Origin: Selaginella moellendorffii
Lineage: Eukaryota; Plantae; Lycopodiophyta
DNA length: 64,000 bases
Assembly (NCBI RefSeq): GCF_000143415.4
Contig: NW_003314273.1
Coordinates: forward strand, 940,074 to 1,004,073
Direction of reading: 5' to 3'
The position numbers and the translations under genes were made by a program. Position 1 is the stretch's first letter; each line of letters starts with the position of its first letter. The notes beneath the pieces are model-generated. The model did no database searches and had not been told where the DNA came from. It saw only the letters and a program-made list of their open reading frames with translations. Below are positions 10,944 through 21,670 of the stretch, one piece after another.

Positions 10944-13400
10944 CTAAATCCCGAGCCCGGAAACGGAATAGGCTGGCCGGACGTAGCCGTCAAGACGGTT
11001 ACCTCCGTAGTACGTGCTGCTGCTGCTGCTGCTGCTGCTACCTTTGTTTCCTTTGCCAACCTCTAGCAGCGACAGTATCTCCGCAAACTCTTTCTCCTCG
11101 GGCTCCAGCACCTTCTTCGGAACGGGAGCGTCCTCCGTCGAGAAAATGGAAGTCAGGAGGCGTTCCAGGTCCAGAGAGTCATCAAAAGTCGAGTCCTCCA
11201 CGCCTGCTGTTTTGTACGCAAATGCCGTAGCATTCACAGGTGTGTGAGTGCTGGCCCAGTGTGTGGCAGTAGCGGCTGGTACTGGAGCTCTGTCCACTGC
11301 TTCCTCTTCACGCAACGCTGGGCCTTGAGCTTGCGTAACTGGAGCCAAAGAAACAGGTTCCTCTGTCCCTGCCTGGTCCGGAGCTGGCGCTTCGGAAGCT
11401 ACTTTCTCAGTGAAAGCTACTTTCGACGGCAACCCGCAGTCGTCTTCATCCTGAGCAGGAAAACATCCCTTGATCTCCACCTTTTTGCCCCTCATAGAAG
11501 TATACCGGCTTTTCACCGCCTTGACTGCCGTCTCTGGCTGCTTGAAGAGAACGAATCCAAAGCCTCGCGACTTGACCTTCCCCGAGGTCTCGACGTGGCA
11601 TATAACAACCGCCTCGTGAACCTCTCCATACTCGTACTCCATCTCGTCTCGGAGATCCTCGGAAGTCACATAAAGTGGCAGGCCCCCGACAAAGACTTTC
11701 CTGGCATCCACGAAGCCCTTCTTGTTCGTCGGATTGCTACTCCCTGCTGCTGCGTTTTTACTAGTGCGAGGATGAGCTGGACATCCCGGACTGCCGTCGG
11801 AGCGCCCGAACAGTGCAACCAGGCTCTCCCAAGGATGCATTTTCAGCGTCTTCTCGTCAACGTTTAGCAGCGCGTACATCTCGCGAGTCGGAGCAAGGTT
11901 GCATGGCTTCATGTTCCGGAGGTTGCAAACGTTCCTGTTTGCTCCATACTTGAGAAGGACCGCTGCGCAGTGTATATGGTTGTTAACCGCAGCATAGTGG
12001 AGTGGTGTCTCCTTCGTCGCAGCTATAACGTTGACACCTGATATGTCCTTCTTCAGCATCAGGCAGAGCGCGTCGCAGTGTCCGTGGCCGGCAGCTGTAT
12101 GAATCGGTGTCGCACCGAGACGGTTTCCGAGCATAGTATTGGCACCCGCATCTAGCAGATTCTGGACGATGTCGAGGTTGACGCGCCGGTCATTTGAAGG
12201 TGTTGCTTGTCGGAGTATCCAGTGAAGAGGCGTATTTCCGTCACCATCTTGCTCGTTTACCGGAGCCCCGGAGCTTAGCAGCAATTTCACGACCTTGACG
12301 TCATTTCCCCGGCAAGCTCGGATCAAAGGCGCCGAGAAAGAGCTCTGAGGATGCGCCGTGAGTCTCGGATAAAAGAGCAGAACGCACTCCAAAAGCTTTG
12401 TAGCGATTGACAAGCTATCCTTCCCCTGTGGAGTATCCTGTCGCTTCTGTAAACTGTAAAAACTCCTAACCGGTAGCGCTGGTGATGCCTGCTTTGGAAC
12501 TGCTGTGAACTTCTGCTGGTTTTGCTTGGACAAAATCCAAGACTTATCACTCGCGGCCGAGGTCTTCGTCTCGGGTTTCACGGATTTGAGCGACTGTTTT
12601 CCGCTATTCCCGCTGCTGGCAATTTTGATCTTGTAGCCGGTTCCGTCCACGTCCACTGGCGAAAAAGGTGTCGGAGGTAGAATGTAGGATAGAAGAAGAT
12701 CCACAACGGTACCAGGAACTTCCACCTCCGATCTAGGAACAGCATTGGCGACCTGTCCGGCCGTGAGTAGAAGCGAAACCAGCGGCACCACCTTGAGATC
12801 CTTGAGCAGCTTGCATGCGATCGAACTTAGCTGGTCTTTGCAAACCGGGACTAGCAGCTGGATTGCGGACAAGTCCTTCTTCCTCACACTGTCCACTAGG
12901 TTCGCTGCCGGGGTGCTGACCACATCCTCCTGAGACTCAAGCTTGGAGCTCAGGAGAGCCTCTTCAAGAGGCAACAGCGCCGCCTTGTTCTTGAGGGAAA
13001 CGCTGGCACCATGCTTAAGAAGAACCTCGATGCACCTGGTGGAATGGTTCCGGCAAGCATGGTGAAGCCCGGATCGTCCCTCGCTGCTGTTGACGGCATC
13101 AATGCGGGCCACTGGAAAGGATCTGATGCCAGTAAGCAGGAGCTCGCAACACTCCCAACAGTCGAGCGCGCAAACCAGATGGAAGAGCTTGGTGACTAGA
13201 GCGTCGTATGACGCTCGTTTGGTTTCCCCAGAAGCCAGCTTGCCGCTTTCTCGTTTAAGCGCTTCTTCCAGCTTACTTGCATCGTCGTTCTTGACGGCCT
13301 CGGTGAAAAACGCGTCCAATCCCTCCTCCAAGCTAATGTCCGACTCATGCGTTGTTAGATGCCGCTTGGATGAAGGCTTGTCCTGGAGACAGTGGAACAT
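10944..13400 (-). CDS. Ankyrin-repeat + RRM protein, apparently one long coding exon
   Basis: 826-aa open frame. ANK motifs GRSGLHHAC, APLIRAC, GNTPLHWIL, GATPIHTAA, KETPLHYAA. RRM RNP2 KVFVGGLP and RNP1 RGFGFVLF. First ATG at 13400; an acceptor-like CAG at 13419-13421 suggests an upstream exon. Confidence 0.85.
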   Translation of the reverse strand: MFHCLQDKPSSKRHLTTHESDISLEEGLDAFFTEAVKNDDASKLEEALKRESGKLASGETKRASYDALVTKLFHLVCALDCWECCELLLTGIRSFPVARIDAVNSSEGRSGLHHACRNHSTRCIEVLLKHGASVSLKNKAALLPLEEALLSSKLESQEDVVSTPAANLVDSVRKKDLSAIQLLVPVCKDQLSSIACKLLKDLKVVPLVSLLLTAGQVANAVPRSEVEVPGTVVDLLLSYILPPTPFSPVDVDGTGYKIKIASSGNSGKQSLKSVKPETKTSAASDKSWILSKQNQQKFTAVPKQASPALPVRSFYSLQKRQDTPQGKDSLSIATKLLECVLLFYPRLTAHPQSSFSAPLIRACRGNDVKVVKLLLSSGAPVNEQDGDGNTPLHWILRQATPSNDRRVNLDIVQNLLDAGANTMLGNRLGATPIHTAAGHGHCDALCLMLKKDISGVNVIAATKETPLHYAAVNNHIHCAAVLLKYGANRNVCNLRNMKPCNLAPTREMYALLNVDEKTLKMHPWESLVALFGRSDGSPGCPAHPRTSKNAAAGSSNPTNKKGFVDARKVFVGGLPLYVTSEDLRDEMEYEYGEVHEAVVICHVETSGKVKSRGFGFVLFKQPETAVKAVKSRYTSMRGKKVEIKGCFPAQDEDDCGLPSKVAFTEKVASEAPAPDQAGTEEPVSLAPVTQAQGPALREEEAVDRAPVPAATATHWASTHTPVNATAFAYKTAGVEDSTFDDSLDLERLLTSIFSTEDAPVPKKVLEPEEKEFAEILSLLEVGKGNKGSSSSSSSSTYYGGNRLDGYVRPAYSVSGLGI
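11014..11039. repeat. (TGC)n microsatellite encoding poly-Ser in the ANK-RRM C-terminus
   Basis: tgctgctgctgctgctgctgctgcta. Confidence 0.9.
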
Positions 13401-13878
13401 ATTGATCGGCGCGGTCTCCTGCAAGAATCGAGAGGAGAGCGTTAGATCGACGAAGTGCCGCCTCGATTAGCAAGGAAAGAACTGGCATTTGTAGCAAGCA
13501 ACCAAGATCACTGGCAAGGAATGAAAGAAAGAAATCGGAAACGGAAGAGCCCGAAATATCCCAGGGCAAGCATCGATTCCGATGGCGCTCGCTGCCTAGA
13601 CGACGATCTCGATCGACTCACCCCGGAATAGCTAGGATCGATCGGGAAAGCTCGCGATTTTCCCTGGCGCCTTCCTCCTCTCGGAGCGCATTCTTGTGAA
13701 ACAAAAAATTATGCTAGGTAGAGATATTCCGCTAATACACACCGTTTTCTTAAGGATATGCCGTTAGCAGGATATTCTGTTAGCTCGTGTTGGGGGTCAA
13801 AATTAAGGTAATCGCTTTCTCCCATTTAGCTCTAGCCTTGTTCTCGATCGAGGGATTCTTTCCCACGCTTTGCCAGGG

Positions 13879-16137
13879 ATGCTACCCCGGATTACTCCAG
13901 AGAAATCGTTCAAGGAGAAGTATGTGTCGCTGTGCGAGGAGATCTTCTCCGGGAGGAGCCCGATCCAATTCGCGCGGGATCGAGGAATCCAGGGCCGCAC
14001 TGCCCTAACCAGATTCTGGGACGAGCTCCTCTTGCTCAAGGTAGCTCCTAGATCGCCCGCATTGTCTAGAATTTGCATTCTTGTTAGGTGAACCAGGAAT
14101 TCCTGGCGCAATGCGTCTCGAGCAGGACGGAGGAGGAGCTCCGGCATGGATTAAAGCCGATTATCAACGAAATCTTTGCAGCTTGCGTGACGTGAGTGAG
14201 TTGTGAGTTGAGTTCGTCGATCGAGGAGTATAGAAATCTTCTTCTTCTGCTTCACAGGTATCTAAGCGATGAGAATTTTATCCGAGTCGCTCACGCGCTG
14301 GAGAGCCTCGCGGTTCTCACCAGAGAGATTTTTCGAAAGCGATTCAGCCAACAGGTGAGCGATTGAGTGAGGAAGATTTCCATCGAGATTTACGTTTCTT
14401 CGCAGGGTGTGACCATTACATTGTTGCTTGCTGGCTCGCCAGATAACGCAGACACGTTTTTTCGACGATTGATCTCCAGCGTTGGAACTCTTCTGGCGAG
14501 AGACAATGTTCCAGTTCTTGTGAAGTCCCTCGGGCTAAGGTACGTGAACTTTTGTCCTTCTCGAGAGTTTGATCCGAGTGGAATCCTTGCAGGCTGTGCT
14601 TGACCATCTTAACAGCCACGGACAACGTAAACTCCAATCCCATCACCAGCTATTTCTTCTCCAACAACATTCTCGACCACCTCGTCTCAACGTTGTCCGT
14701 CAAGCTCTCCGCGGATAGAAAACGGCTGGAACTTGATGCGGTGTTGGTGCTCCTGCTGCTGCTTCTGTGGAGAGAAAGCGAGAACGCCTACGTTTCCAGG
14801 CTAGCATCTCCGACAGCCCCTCTCCAAGTCCTGCTCAACACAACGGCGTCAATGCTCTCGCAATCGTCAAACTCCGAGAACAACTTACCAGCCTCTTCTC
14901 CAAGTTCCGCATGGGAATGGGACAGCATGGTTGGATACATGAGCGGCTTGCTTGGTTTCACGGGCTCGGACTACCATCCCAATGGTGCTGCCAGGGAAAA
15001 GGACTGCGATTCCAGGAGCTGTGGTCTTTTGCTGCTCTATGTTCTTGTGTACCATAGTCCAGCTTTCAAGTCCAACCAGGTAAATCTTTCCGTTCGTCTT
15101 TGAAGATGACAACATCGTTCGTCGCAGATCTGGCCAGCAGTGACGGATGACCAGGCAGCTATTGTCGGGGGTCAGTCTTTGTGTACGCTCTGGGCTGGCG
15201 TCTTCAAGACTTTCATCGGCCTCTGCAGAGACGAGTTCCTGGTTGCAACCATGTCCAGTCCAGAGAAAACTCTACGGGCGAAGCTGGCGCTGACGATACT
15301 CCGGTGCATTTTCGAGACCCCTGTAGCGTCTCACTACCTCTGGCACTGTGATGCAGACTTGTCGCTGAGAAAAGGTCCTCCTGGCCAGCTTATCTTCAAG
15401 AGCCTATCTTGTGACTTGGTGGAGAAAGCAGCCAATATGTTGGCAGACGCTTCCATTGATCCAGAACTCACGTACCGAGCTGCCGTGTTGGTTCCACTCG
15501 CTCTCAAGACTGTGAAGGCCCAAGCCTGGCAGCTCCCATCTTCAAGCTTGAATTCGACGTCACTTTGGCAGGCTCTCGTCGCCTCCTGTGCCAGGTGTGG
15601 AAACTCCACCTTTTTTCAGAAGCCAGGAGGAGCTGAGGCAGCAGAACTGGTAGCAGGGATCTTAGAGTGGTGCCTGGTCGTCAGCCAGGACATTTTCGAA
15701 GGAACAGAGGAAACGGAGGCACTTCACGCGACAGTGATGTCTAACATCAACGCCCTCGAGCAGCTCTCGGATGTGGCAGCATCATCTGGAAGTCCAGCAA
15801 ACAAAACTCAGCTGGTAAGTTTGCAGTCGCTGGAAGAAAATCTTACGTTGTGTGATTCTTCTTCCAGGTGAACGTAGCTGCTGTCAAGTATCACTACGAG
15901 GTCCAGATCGCTGCTCTCGGTGTTCGCGGCCAACCAAACTTCCAGCAAGCTCTCGCGGGAGTGAAGAAGAAGGGCGTGGCGAATTTGAAGCTCAAGGCAA
16001 AACACGCTGGGCCTGGACGTGTGTACATCGAGGGGACTCCCGAAACGCGCCTGTTAAACAGTCTCACAAAACTCATACTCAGTGCTCACAGAAACAAAAT
16101 GCTTGTAATTCCCAAGCTCGAGAACGAAGCAATTTAG
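13879..16137 (+). CDS. ARMH3: ARMH3 / C10orf76 (UPF0668, DUF1741)-like armadillo helical protein, multi-exon
   Basis: N-terminus SFKEKYVSLCEEIFSG...RFWDELLLLK|VNQEFL resembles the C10orf76 KEKVV.MYDEIF...RFWEELFLMKVN motif. Also IRVAHALESL and ILTATDNVNSNPITSYF. Spliced via short GT-AG introns to stop at 16137. Confidence 0.75.
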
Positions 16138-16166
16138 TATCAAACCAAGCGTCCAACAAATTTCGC

Positions 16167-16468
16167 CTAGCGACCTCCCATCTATGCGATTCCAAACAAA
16201 CGAAAATTAACGAGAAAATGGGAGAAAAGAAGATCCACTCACTGTGATCACTTCCATCTCTTCCTTGGACAATGGCACCCGCTTTGGTTGAATCGAGGCA
16301 CTCCCAGCGCCGCTAGAAGCGCCCGTAGGAGTCGGAATTGATGGCGCTTTCCCGCCTGTAAATCCATGATCGAATAAAAAAATGCTGCGAGAAATCTCTA
16401 CCGGATGCCGCGCGACGATCCGGGAACTTGATCTTTGGAATGCGCTTGAGAATTTGCTGCCCGGCCAT
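16167..16468 (-). CDS. Small mitochondrial KGD4/MRPS36 (Ymr31)-like protein, 3 exons
   Basis: MAGQQILKRIPKIKFPDRRAAS|GGKAPSIPTPTGASSGAGSASIQPKRVPLSKEEMEVIT|MGGR*. The IKF N-terminal motif and EE.E.I..GG C-terminal motif are typical of the family. Confidence 0.72.
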
Positions 16469-16526
16469 CCTTTCTTTCTCGTCAAAAACCCAAATCTTTG
16501 CTTTAGGGCTACCAAGAACCCTAGCT

Positions 16527-17138
16527 ATGGACGACGCGCGGGCGCTTGTTACGTCGCTCAGATCCGCGTACACCGCCACTCCGACGAAGCTCAAGGTAGA
16601 GATTTTGAGATTGCCATTCCGCGATCTGATCTAACTCCTGGTTTCTTAGCTGATCGATCTCTATGTCGCCTATGCCGTGATCACAGCGATTGTCCAGGTT
16701 TGTTGGAATTCTCTCGCGATTGACGGCTGATTCTTTGTTTGCTGCTCCAGACCTTGTTCATGGCTGTGGTTGGATCTTTTCCTTTCAATGCATTTCTCTC
16801 GGGGGTTTTGTCCTGCGTAGGAACGGCTGTTCTGGCTGGTATGTCTATAGATCGATCGAGAGTTCTATTTTCCATGCTTTTTTTCTTGGTTGTGTGTTTT
16901 TCGACGACAAAACTTCCATTTTTGTTTTTTTGTTTTTGTTTTTGTTTTTCCAGTTTGCTTAAGGATGCAAGTAAACAAAGCCAACAAAGAATTCAAGGTA
17001 AGCAAGCAGTGAATTCAACTAGGCTACAAGGATAGTTCTTTCTTTTCTTCTCAGGATCTTCCACCGGAGAGGGCCTTCGCTGATTTCGTCCTGTGCAATC
17101 TGGTCCTTCACCTGGTAATCATGAATTTCCTAGGATGA
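16527..17138 (+). CDS. DAD1: Oligosaccharyltransferase subunit DAD1/OST2, 5 exons
   Basis: MDDARALVTSLRSAYTATPTKLK|LIDLYVAYAVITAIVQ|TLFMAVVGSFPFNAFLSGVLSCVGTAVLA|VCLRMQVNKANKEFK|DLPPERAFADFVLCNLVLHLVIMNFLG*. Confidence 0.97.
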
Positions 17139-17220
17139 GAGAAACTCTTCCTTCGTGCTCGTTTCTTACAAAGACAACGAAGAACTTTGACGGATTTTTG
17201 TCCATGAATTAAACCTTAGA

Positions 17221-17450
17221 GAGCTCGCACCTCTCACCTCTTGTGGACGTTAGACAGGGACTAGAGCACCACTTCCGGGAAGCTCGCCTAGTTTTCGATC
17301 AGATCAAGCAGCTTTATGCTCAGCACGGTGAGATATTCCGATTGATGCCTCGGGAAACATGCCGTGAATGAACTCGACAAGCCAAAGAGGTTTTTTTCCG
17401 CCTTGCTCCAGCAAACACTAAGAATCGACGTGGACGATGATGATCACCAT
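17221..17450 (+). pseudogene. Deletion-condensed relic of the PPR gene at 37.6-39.8 kb
   Basis: Collinear short blocks match 37846-38523; 17279-17312 is identical (34 nt) to 37990-38023. Confidence 0.8.
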
Positions 17451-17869
17451 CATCATGGATGATTGAGGGTCTCCAGTCAGCTAGGCGAGGTGGACTCCAT
17501 GACATTGTGCTTAATAAAATCAGAGCTGCTCTCCAGAAGAACCGCTGCATTCCATTCAGGAATTAGAGTAACTCATAGACCTCCAAAAAATATCAATCAT
17601 GTTTAAATTAAAATGTTTATTTACCACTTATTATATTAAAAATTGATTTTGTATAATCTTTCACCCTTATAGCATGAAACATTTTAATTATATAAAAATA
17701 AAAATACAAAACCATAATGTGATATGGGAATAAGTATATTAGTTAAGGTTTAAACTTTTATTTATATATAAAAATAGATAGACCAAATTCAATTCTAATC
17801 TATATGCTATAATATTATAATTAATGTATTAGGGGTAATATCATCATCGTCATTCCAAACACATTGTAC

Positions 17870-20800
17870 TCCACAGGTGGATGATGATGAGAATTGTAGC
17901 GCTGTTGTTATCACACTTGTACGTAACTTAAGTGTTCAGCAAACTTTATTTAGACAAGTGGAAAAATGTTTATCAAATATTGATCCCACGACATAGCATC
18001 GGCAGCTCGTGACAATCGCAAAGGTAAACCCAACTTCGTTGGTAATATTGGATTATAACCATATAGGAGTTTATAACTAACAAAACTTTGCACCCCTGTG
18101 ACATATGCATATTGAAGAAACGGCAAATAACTATCATAATTCGAATGCTGAAAGTTCACATACTTCGCAATCATCTCTTTGAACGTCTGAATGAACCGTT
18201 CCACTAGTCTATATGATTGTGGATGATAAGCATTTGTGAAAGTGTGGCGTATCCCCAACCAAGACATCACAACATGAAATACCTTAACCATAAATGCGGG
18301 ACCATTATCCGAAAGAATCCGCTCTGGACAAAAATGCTGAAACACCACTTGATTAAGGAGGAAGTATCAAACAGCAGTTGCAGGCATGCTAGCAAGAGCA
18401 CCAACTTCCACCCAGCGAGTCAAGTAGTTAGAAGCAATGATAACATACTCATTGTCAGCAGTCGATTGTGGAAAAGGTCCTATAAGGTCAAATGCCACCA
18501 ACTCAAACAGATGGGAAACTACAATTGACTCCAACTGTCCTTTCGTAGCACGAGGGGGAGTATTACAAGCTTGACACCAAATACAACTACACACATACCG
18601 AATAATATCATGTCACATCTCCGGCCAATAAAAAGACCTACGTAGCTTCTTGATTACACAACAATGTCCCATATGCCCACCTAAAACAAGAGAATCATGA
18701 TAAGCATGGAGAAACCGCGAAATAAAGACAGAAGGCACCACCAGTCATAAATGATCATCAGGATCTGTCCCCACAAAATTAAAAAAAGGCCGTGTTCAAA
18801 GTGATATTGAGAATGTAAATGCTGGAAAGGCAAGTCATTAGCAAATGATGCAAGATTTTCAAACCCATCTCGAATCCTTCAAATCCACGAATCAATCTTT
18901 TGAGCTTTATGAAACTCATCAAGACAAGGTAGATCTTGCTCTGCACCTTGTGGACACTAAACGTCAAGTACAGCAACCGCTGACAGCACAAAATCCTCAT
19001 CTAGAAAATCCACAAATGCTGGAATAATAGACTCGTAAAAAACATGAGACGAAAGTGGAGAAGGAAGAGGAGTTCGAGAAAGGGCATTAGCATCATCCAT
19101 AGAACTCCTTGGGCAATGAACAACATCAAAACCATATATCTTGCCAGTACCTAGAAGCAAGATCTAGCTTAGTGAACCAATAACTTTGCCCCAGACGATC
19201 CAAAAGATTAGCAGTGTAAGGAAGAGGGTGCACATTTGGGATTGTCACTTCGTTTAATGGACGATAGTCAATGCAGAAATGAATACTCCCATCAGATTTT
19301 GTCACAAGATGAAATTCACATGCCTAAGGACTTCGCAACTTCCGAATAACACCCTTCTCCAACATCTTTTTGACGTTTGCATGTAAAATCTTGATTTCTT
19401 TGGGTGACTGATGACAAATAGGAACTTTGATTGGACGAACATCCCCAATTAGAATCAGATGATGTGTGGCAATTTTGGCCCCAGACGATAGGTCAAATTC
19501 AAAGAGGTCAAAATACTCCTTCATGAGCTGGTTAACCGCCGCAACATAAAGATTGGATCGGAAAAGGGAAGAGCAAAACAAGACAGAAACATAGGAGGAA
19601 ATAGTGGGAGGACAAAAGTAATGGAAGCAGAGATAAAAAAAGAGGGACGAAGAAGTACGAAAGTGAGAGGAATGAAGGAAATATAAGGAAATATGAAACA
19701 AAGGGGAGAGACCTCAAAGTCACATTTGGCATGATTGTGCTACAATCAATCCATACCAAAGATGAAGTCAAAAGCTTGACTCAGCACCACCCACAATGAC
19801 TACAACCCAAGCTCGAGATTGCCTATACGCACAACCAGATTTGCCTCATCCCGTGCACATGCTTATGTACGGCCGTTGCCATAAAGAATGAAAATTGGCT
19901 CCGCCACATGATGTAAGTGTAGACAGCAACGTGTGGCAACAAGTCGAGCAATAGAAGATAAACTTGAACCTGTATCAACCAACACAGAGAGAATAATAGG
20001 AGACCTCTTGTTATAAAAATGAGCTTGGAAAGTAAACACTGGATGAACTGGTGCCAAGTGAACCCCTTGATGATACTCTCGAAAGAAAAATAGAGGGGTC
20101 ACTGACTTATTCGTGTAAGGTCCCTTCATTATTCGCGTGACTCTTCTTTTCCCAAATGCATCTCGGCGTCCAAACCTTCCACTACAGCAACACCAATATG
20201 ATGTTGTTGACACCAAGGTTTCCACCCAGAAAATGAAGGTTGCCAATCCGGAAAACGCCGACAACATTGATAAGTGTGACCAACTTCATCATATACCCAA
20301 CAACGAACGTCACAGCCATGACCATGTCCTCGGCCTTGTCCTTGGACTTGAGCAGCAATAGCATCAACCTCCATTAGAGCAGGACCATCGCCCAGAGGAA
20401 GTGGAGAGGAAGGACGTGCAGCAAGAAGTGAAAGAGACGACGTTTCATAATGTTGTGCCAAGCAAAGAGCATCATCAAAGGTGGTTGGAGCAAGTGCATG
20501 GACAAGTCCAACAAGATTTTAACGAAATGCTAGCCACAAAATTCCTAGCTTGATCCGTTCTGACATATTTGGCTCCACATGAAATAAGAGGCTTTGGAAA
20601 TGAACACTAAATTGCATCACTGACTCAAATGGCCCTTAACGAAGATGATGCAATTGTTAAAAGACATCATCACAATAATTGGTATGTTCGAATGCGCATT
20701 TGAAGATGTCTAAGAGAACACTTCAATCCCCACGAGTGGCTGCGCTCAAACCATTGTACCACTACAGCACCATCCTTTGGAGACACATGGGAAACTCACG

Positions 20801-20900
20801 CAAACATCGAGCATCATCCCAAAAATAATATGTGGCAATCACCATGAAATGATCAAACTAATAGTACACATCATCCCCAGGATTCCCACGAAAGAACTCA
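17870..20900 (-). mobile_element. Truncated Ty3/gypsy element, family A (gag-AP-RT fragment / integrase), no LTRs seen
   Basis: Integrase (VAFDLIGPFP, ILSDNGPAF, AYHPQS..LVERF), protease LVDTGSS, RT start. Homologous to 30994-36679 and 46268-57186; an internal deletion at ~19140 removes most of RT/RH. Confidence 0.88.
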
Positions 20901-20960
20901 CATACATATATATATATATACATGCATCAGTTAGCTAAGGAATCTTGATAAACTAATTGT

Positions 20961-21670
20961 AACTCCGTGTGTAGCTACCAAACCTTTAACCTCCCTTAAA
21001 GTCATAATTTTGAATTGAAATAAAGAACTTTAAGAGCTATTATAATCCATAAAGCACCATTACCACAAATAATATTTTATCTTTAAGTCTTCCTGTTGAT
21101 AATATTTTGAGATTACTATTAATTCAGACTCACAACCATAAACAAAACTTACCCTTACATCTTCCCTTCAATCAAAATTTTAAACCTATATTAACTCAAA
21201 TTTACAACTATCATCCTCATCTAGCACCACATATAAGAGGTTAAAATCACTCCATTCATCCTCAATATCCTTTTTATTCCCTTGAAAAACCAAAACCACA
21301 ATCAACATCAATTACCTAAGGAATTTCGATATATTAATTGCAACTCCATCCGTAATTGCCAATGCTCTAACCAACCTTAAAGTTATAATTTTGAACCAAA
21401 ACAAAAGACTTTGAAAGCCACTACAGTCCATAAAACACCATTACCATAAATAATATATCCCATCTTTAAGTCTTTCTATCGACAATCCTCTAAGACCATT
21501 ATTAACTCAAACTTATGACCATAAATAAAACCTACCTTTGCATCTTCTTTTTGGTTAAAATTTGATACCTATATTAATTTAGACTTACAACCATCATCAT
21601 CATCCAACACCATATATAAGAGGTCAAAATCACTCCATTTGTCCTTAATATTCTTTATTCCCTCGAGAAA
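20961..21670. repeat. ~380-bp diverged tandem duplication
   Basis: Units start at ~20961 and ~21342 and share CCTTAAAGT.ATAATTTTGAA, CACCATTACCA.AAATAATAT, ATCTTTAAGTCTT, AAAATCACTCCATT. Confidence 0.8.
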
